A DNA stretch of 64,000 bases, taken from the NCBI GenBank assembly GCA_963719315.1, contig CAVRBU010000010.1, positions 1 through 64,000 of the forward strand, written 5' to 3'. Below are positions 60,717 to 64,000 of the stretch, piece by piece. A program made the translations under genes and the position numbers. Within the stretch, counting starts at the first letter, position 1. Every line of letters begins with the position of its first letter. The DNA comes from an uncultured Planctomycetota bacterium. GTDB taxonomy: Bacteria; Planctomycetota; Planctomycetia; Pirellulales; Lacipirellulaceae. A model generated the notes under the pieces. The model saw only the letters and a list, made by a program, of their open reading frames with translations, did not search any database and had not been told where the DNA came from.

Positions 60717-61715
60717 TCAGGGCGTAAAGCGACCTTTTCGAATTCCAAATCCAAAGACTACACTCAAGAGCAGCAACACCATGCCAGTCGGCTCCGGAAC
60801 ATTGGCAGCGCCGAGTCCGCTGCCGGCACCGGACGTATTGCCGAACCGAGCCCGCCACTCGGTGTAGTCGGCCGGGCTTACCGTTCCTGGATCGTCAACT
60901 TCATTTTGCAGCGGCCCACCATTACGCCACAGCACGTAATCCGCGGCGTCAACGACGCCATTTCCGTTATAGTCACCTAGAACAGGCGGCGGGGAGGTGC
61001 CAAACCGAATGTTGTCGAAGTAAACCGTGAGCGGATAGGCAGCACCACCGGTTTTATTCAAATAGAATTCGAATCCCGTAGGGATGATGTCGTTAGGACC
61101 GCTTCCTAGCGTGCCAAAAATCTCATCGAAAGACTTCGTCTCAAACGTTAACGGATCGCTGAGTTGTGTCAGATCGATGCGCAAGTCTCGATATGTTCCT
61201 GGATCTCTACCGTCGATGGGTATCTCGGTCACAGCGCGATTGTCCAACTGAGCCTGCACGGCGATTTGACCGCCAGGAAAGTCAGGTTGTGTGACGCCAA
61301 AGATCGTGACCCCAATGCGCGCGAAACCTGTGTAGTCGGGAGGCGGAGTTGGATTCGGTACGCCGAACCTTTGGGTGATGGTCATATCGAAGGTGACATG
61401 ATCAAGGCCCGGCGGATCACCAATGATATTGGGATCGAGGTTTCCGGTAAGCGCCCCTACGAATGTCGCACCGCCTAGCATGTCGACACGCATCGAGTGC
61501 GTACCATCCGTGGCGCCGACTGTGTCTTGAGTTACCGTAACTCCACCGCCATTTGGTCCGAAACCTTGTAAGTCGTTTTCAAACGAGTAGGCCAAGGTAT
61601 CGCTCGCATGCACGCTAGAGGCGAACGCCACCACTCCAATTGCTGTACTCACACTGAGCACCAAGTGCAAGCGGAAATTCAAAGGGAAAAGGCTGCTGTT
61701 AAGATGTCGGATCAT
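60717..61715 (-). CDS. PEP-CTERM protein with dockerin-like region
   Basis: YSFEND, YFDNIRF, GDYNGNGVVDAADYVLWR, VPEP. Confidence 0.85.
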   Translation of the reverse strand: MIRHLNSSLFPLNFRLHLVLSVSTAIGVVAFASSVHASDTLAYSFENDLQGFGPNGGGVTVTQDTVGATDGTHSMRVDMLGGATFVGALTGNLDPNIIGDPPGLDHVTFDMTITQRFGVPNPTPPPDYTGFARIGVTIFGVTQPDFPGGQIAVQAQLDNRAVTEIPIDGRDPGTYRDLRIDLTQLSDPLTFETKSFDEIFGTLGSGPNDIIPTGFEFYLNKTGGAAYPLTVYFDNIRFGTSPPPVLGDYNGNGVVDAADYVLWRNGGPLQNEVDDPGTVSPADYTEWRARFGNTSGAGSGLGAANVPEPTGMVLLLLSVVFGFGIRKGRFTP

Positions 61716-62033
61716 TAAATCTAACTCCGTCACGAAAAGTCCCAGTGCTATGAGGGCACCAAAGAATTATTCAGCAGGCCGGAAGCTATTTATATCACGG
61801 TCTTAAATAATTGCAAGAGAATTGTGAAAAAATCTGTGTTTCCCCGCCCATCACATCGCTGGAAAAGTCTGAACGACTGTGATCGGGCCCTTGCGCCAGC
61901 ACGGTGACGGTTTCACGCAAAAACAATAGGACATCTTAAGAAAAACAGGTGTTCAGCGATTTTATTTGATACAGATGCCTCTTCGGCGGCTTCGCTGAGA
62001 GATCAGAGACGAGCAGAAAGTATGAAACTTTCG

Positions 62034-62063
62034 TTGACAGATATATTCAATGTCATTTAAGAT
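62034..62063 (+). promoter_or_regulatory. Putative sigma70 promoter
   Basis: TTGACA-N18-TAAGAT in an AT-rich divergent intergenic region. Confidence 0.45.
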
Positions 62064-62191
62064 ATTGGCGGTCTCTTACACTATCCGGATGGCGATTGCG
62101 CAAAACGAAGTTGAGTTCATTGGAAATGCGTTTACGTGCTTCGATGCTTCGGGATGCCACTCAGCAGTTGGGGGTTCAGAGACGTTATTAT

Positions 62192-62650
62192 ATGAGGGCC
62201 TGCGGTCGCTTCGGCGATGTCTGGATCACCTTCGCAAGTATTTTCTTTGTGGCCTGTATCGGATGTGGCCCGCACTCCGATAGTCTCGCGGTTACGGGCG
62301 AAGTGAAGTTCAACGGCGTGCCATTGGATAATGGGTCAATTCGGTTCGCATCCAACACAACAGCGAATGGCAAGATGTACGCATCGGGGGCAGTGGTTAA
62401 GAACGGCGAGTTTAAGATCCCGCAGGAAAAGGGGCTGCCTCCCGGCACCTATCGGGTTGAAATCAACTCGCCTGACACAAAAGCACCACTTGTGTCGGTA
62501 CGAGTTGCACCTGGTCAACCGCTCTCGCCACCGACGGCACCCGATCGCATCCCGTCAGAGTTCAACACAGAAAGTAAACACACCGTCGATGTAAAGGCGA
62601 GCGAAAAAAATCATTTTGTATTTGAAGTCGTGAACCCGAAGGTCAAATGA
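62192..62650 (+). CDS. DUF1559-associated lipoprotein
   Basis: Lipobox CIGC, VTGEVKFNGVPL..G.I.F, GLPPGTYRVEI. Confidence 0.8.
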   Translation: MRACGRFGDVWITFASIFFVACIGCGPHSDSLAVTGEVKFNGVPLDNGSIRFASNTTANGKMYASGAVVKNGEFKIPQEKGLPPGTYRVEINSPDTKAPLVSVRVAPGQPLSPPTAPDRIPSEFNTESKHTVDVKASEKNHFVFEVVNPKVK

Positions 62651-62680
62651 TCGGTAGCGACGGATCGAAAGGATGATGCC

Positions 62681-63652
62681 ATGAAGAGAACTACCTATGG
62701 CTTCACGCTAGTTGAGCTCCTAGTTGTTATCGCGATTATTGGGATTTTGGTGGCTCTGCTACTACCCGCTATCCAGTCGGCACGCGAAGCGGCCCGGCGC
62801 AGTCAGTGTGTTAATAATTTGAAGCAGCTTGGAATCGCGATGCAGAATTATCACGACGTGCATAAATCGCTGCCGATGGGGAATTTTAGCTGCTGCTGGG
62901 GCACATGGCAGATGGCCGTGTTGCCATACATCGAAGAACAGCAACTCGCGGACTTATATCGTTGGAATCCGAAGTATGCGACTATTTACGAAGACGAGTA
63001 TCGATACGATGGTCATGGGCCGCTTCCGACTACGCCGCCCGTACAATCCACGAATCTTCAGGTTGTTCAAAAGCGGATCAAAACGTTGACATGCCCGAGC
63101 GACGAGCCGCAAACGAACTCGGCTTTCGTGAGTGGCGGAACATACCATAATTATGTTGCGAACTATGGCAACACCAATCACGTTGGTAGTAGTTGCCTAC
63201 TTCCAACATGTCCGAAATATGCTGGCAGTCCATTCATCGGCTCGGACCCGAATCCACCAATGTTTCTCGTAACTACATTCAAGCAGATCACTGATGGACT
63301 CAGCAAAACGCTTATGTTTTCGGAGACTTTGCAAGGGCGCGATGACGACTTGCGAGGCTTTACATGGTGGGGATGGTCGGCCGGCTTCGAAACATTTTCC
63401 AGCCCGAACGCGAGTGATCCGGACTATTTGCAGCAGGCAAGCTACTGTGTTTCAACAGCGGTGAATCCGCCATGTAGCGGCGCGGTGGGTGGCGTAATGC
63501 GAGCAGCGGCACGAAGTAATCATCCGGGTGGTGTAAACGTTGCGATGTGCGACGCTTCCGTACAGTTCGTCGTTGATGACGTTGACCTAGCCACGTGGCG
63601 TGCCGCCAGTACATCTCGTGGCGAAGAGGTTTATTCCGGGTTAATTCCGTAG
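62681..63652 (+). CDS. DUF1559 prepilin-like protein
   Basis: [39 protein letters not shown]. Confidence 0.95.
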   Translation: MKRTTYGFTLVELLVVIAIIGILVALLLPAIQSAREAARRSQCVNNLKQLGIAMQNYHDVHKSLPMGNFSCCWGTWQMAVLPYIEEQQLADLYRWNPKYATIYEDEYRYDGHGPLPTTPPVQSTNLQVVQKRIKTLTCPSDEPQTNSAFVSGGTYHNYVANYGNTNHVGSSCLLPTCPKYAGSPFIGSDPNPPMFLVTTFKQITDGLSKTLMFSETLQGRDDDLRGFTWWGWSAGFETFSSPNASDPDYLQQASYCVSTAVNPPCSGAVGGVMRAAARSNHPGGVNVAMCDASVQFVVDDVDLATWRAASTSRGEEVYSGLIP

Positions 63653-63711
63653 GGCACTAAATTAGATTTTTTGTGTCGATTAACAACATTGGGGTACCCT
63701 GGCGGAATCAC

Positions 63712-64000
63712 GTGGCGACAGAAACAAAACCAAAGCGAAAATCTCGCTCAAAAGTACGCGATGCCGCGGTCGCAGATCAGGGGGACGGTGTACTCGAGGA
63801 CGGACGAGGGGGGAGTGCGTCGCCGGTACAGCCGCAGCTTTTGAGCCGCATCAATGAAGCCCTTGTTTTGCGTGAGATTCGTCAGCATGGCCCCTCAACG
63901 CGTGGCGAATTATCGCAGCACATGGGAGTGACGTTCCCCACCGTCGCGAAAGCGGTTGGGTCGCTGCTCGATGCGCGGCTGTTAGAAGAATTTGACGATA
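63712..64000 (+). CDS. ROK-family transcriptional regulator (partial)
   Basis: Manual translation: PQLLSRINEALVLREIRQHGPSTRGELSQHMGVTFPTVAKAVGSLLDARLLEE. Confidence 0.8.
   Translation, partial: MATETKPKRKSRSKVRDAAVADQGDGVLEDGRGGSASPVQPQLLSRINEALVLREIRQHGPSTRGELSQHMGVTFPTVAKAVGSLLDARLLEEFDD

Overview
GC-rich accessory region, most likely from a planctomycete of the Pirellulales/Lacipirellulaceae type. The evidence is three DUF1559 prepilin-like genes, about 11 PEP-CTERM surface proteins, a LEARxLL extracellular protein and Rhodopirellula-type ECF sigma factors. In order, the window holds: (1) the end of an integrated phage/plasmid-like element (AAA_25/RepA-type helicase, iteron-like repeats) closed by a tRNA-Leu 3' fragment; (2) an integrase remnant, an unclassified hairpin-ended mobile element with Rep_trans-like motifs, and an intact ISL3; (3) a XylR/DUF1559/PEP-CTERM locus with two TPR-sulfotransferases, an EEP enzyme and a phospholipase C; (4) nested IS630, IS21 and rve-transposase elements; (5) an ECF/anti-sigma/DUF1559 locus with mosaic PEP-CTERM proteins, including an apparent double PEP-CTERM polyprotein; (6) a PEP-CTERM protein carrying RRM/cold-shock RNA-binding motifs; (7) an SSS transporter between direct repeats; (8) a prophage remnant; (9) a GH18/GH20/SSS/ROK/DUF1559 locus. 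A tRNA-3'-like motif (CTCCCC-N4-AGGAC) recurs at module junctions. Many single-base frameshifts suggest assembly indels or decay. I found no CRISPR array, rRNA, complete tRNA or reverse transcriptase. All family calls come from motifs recognised by eye; no searches were run.
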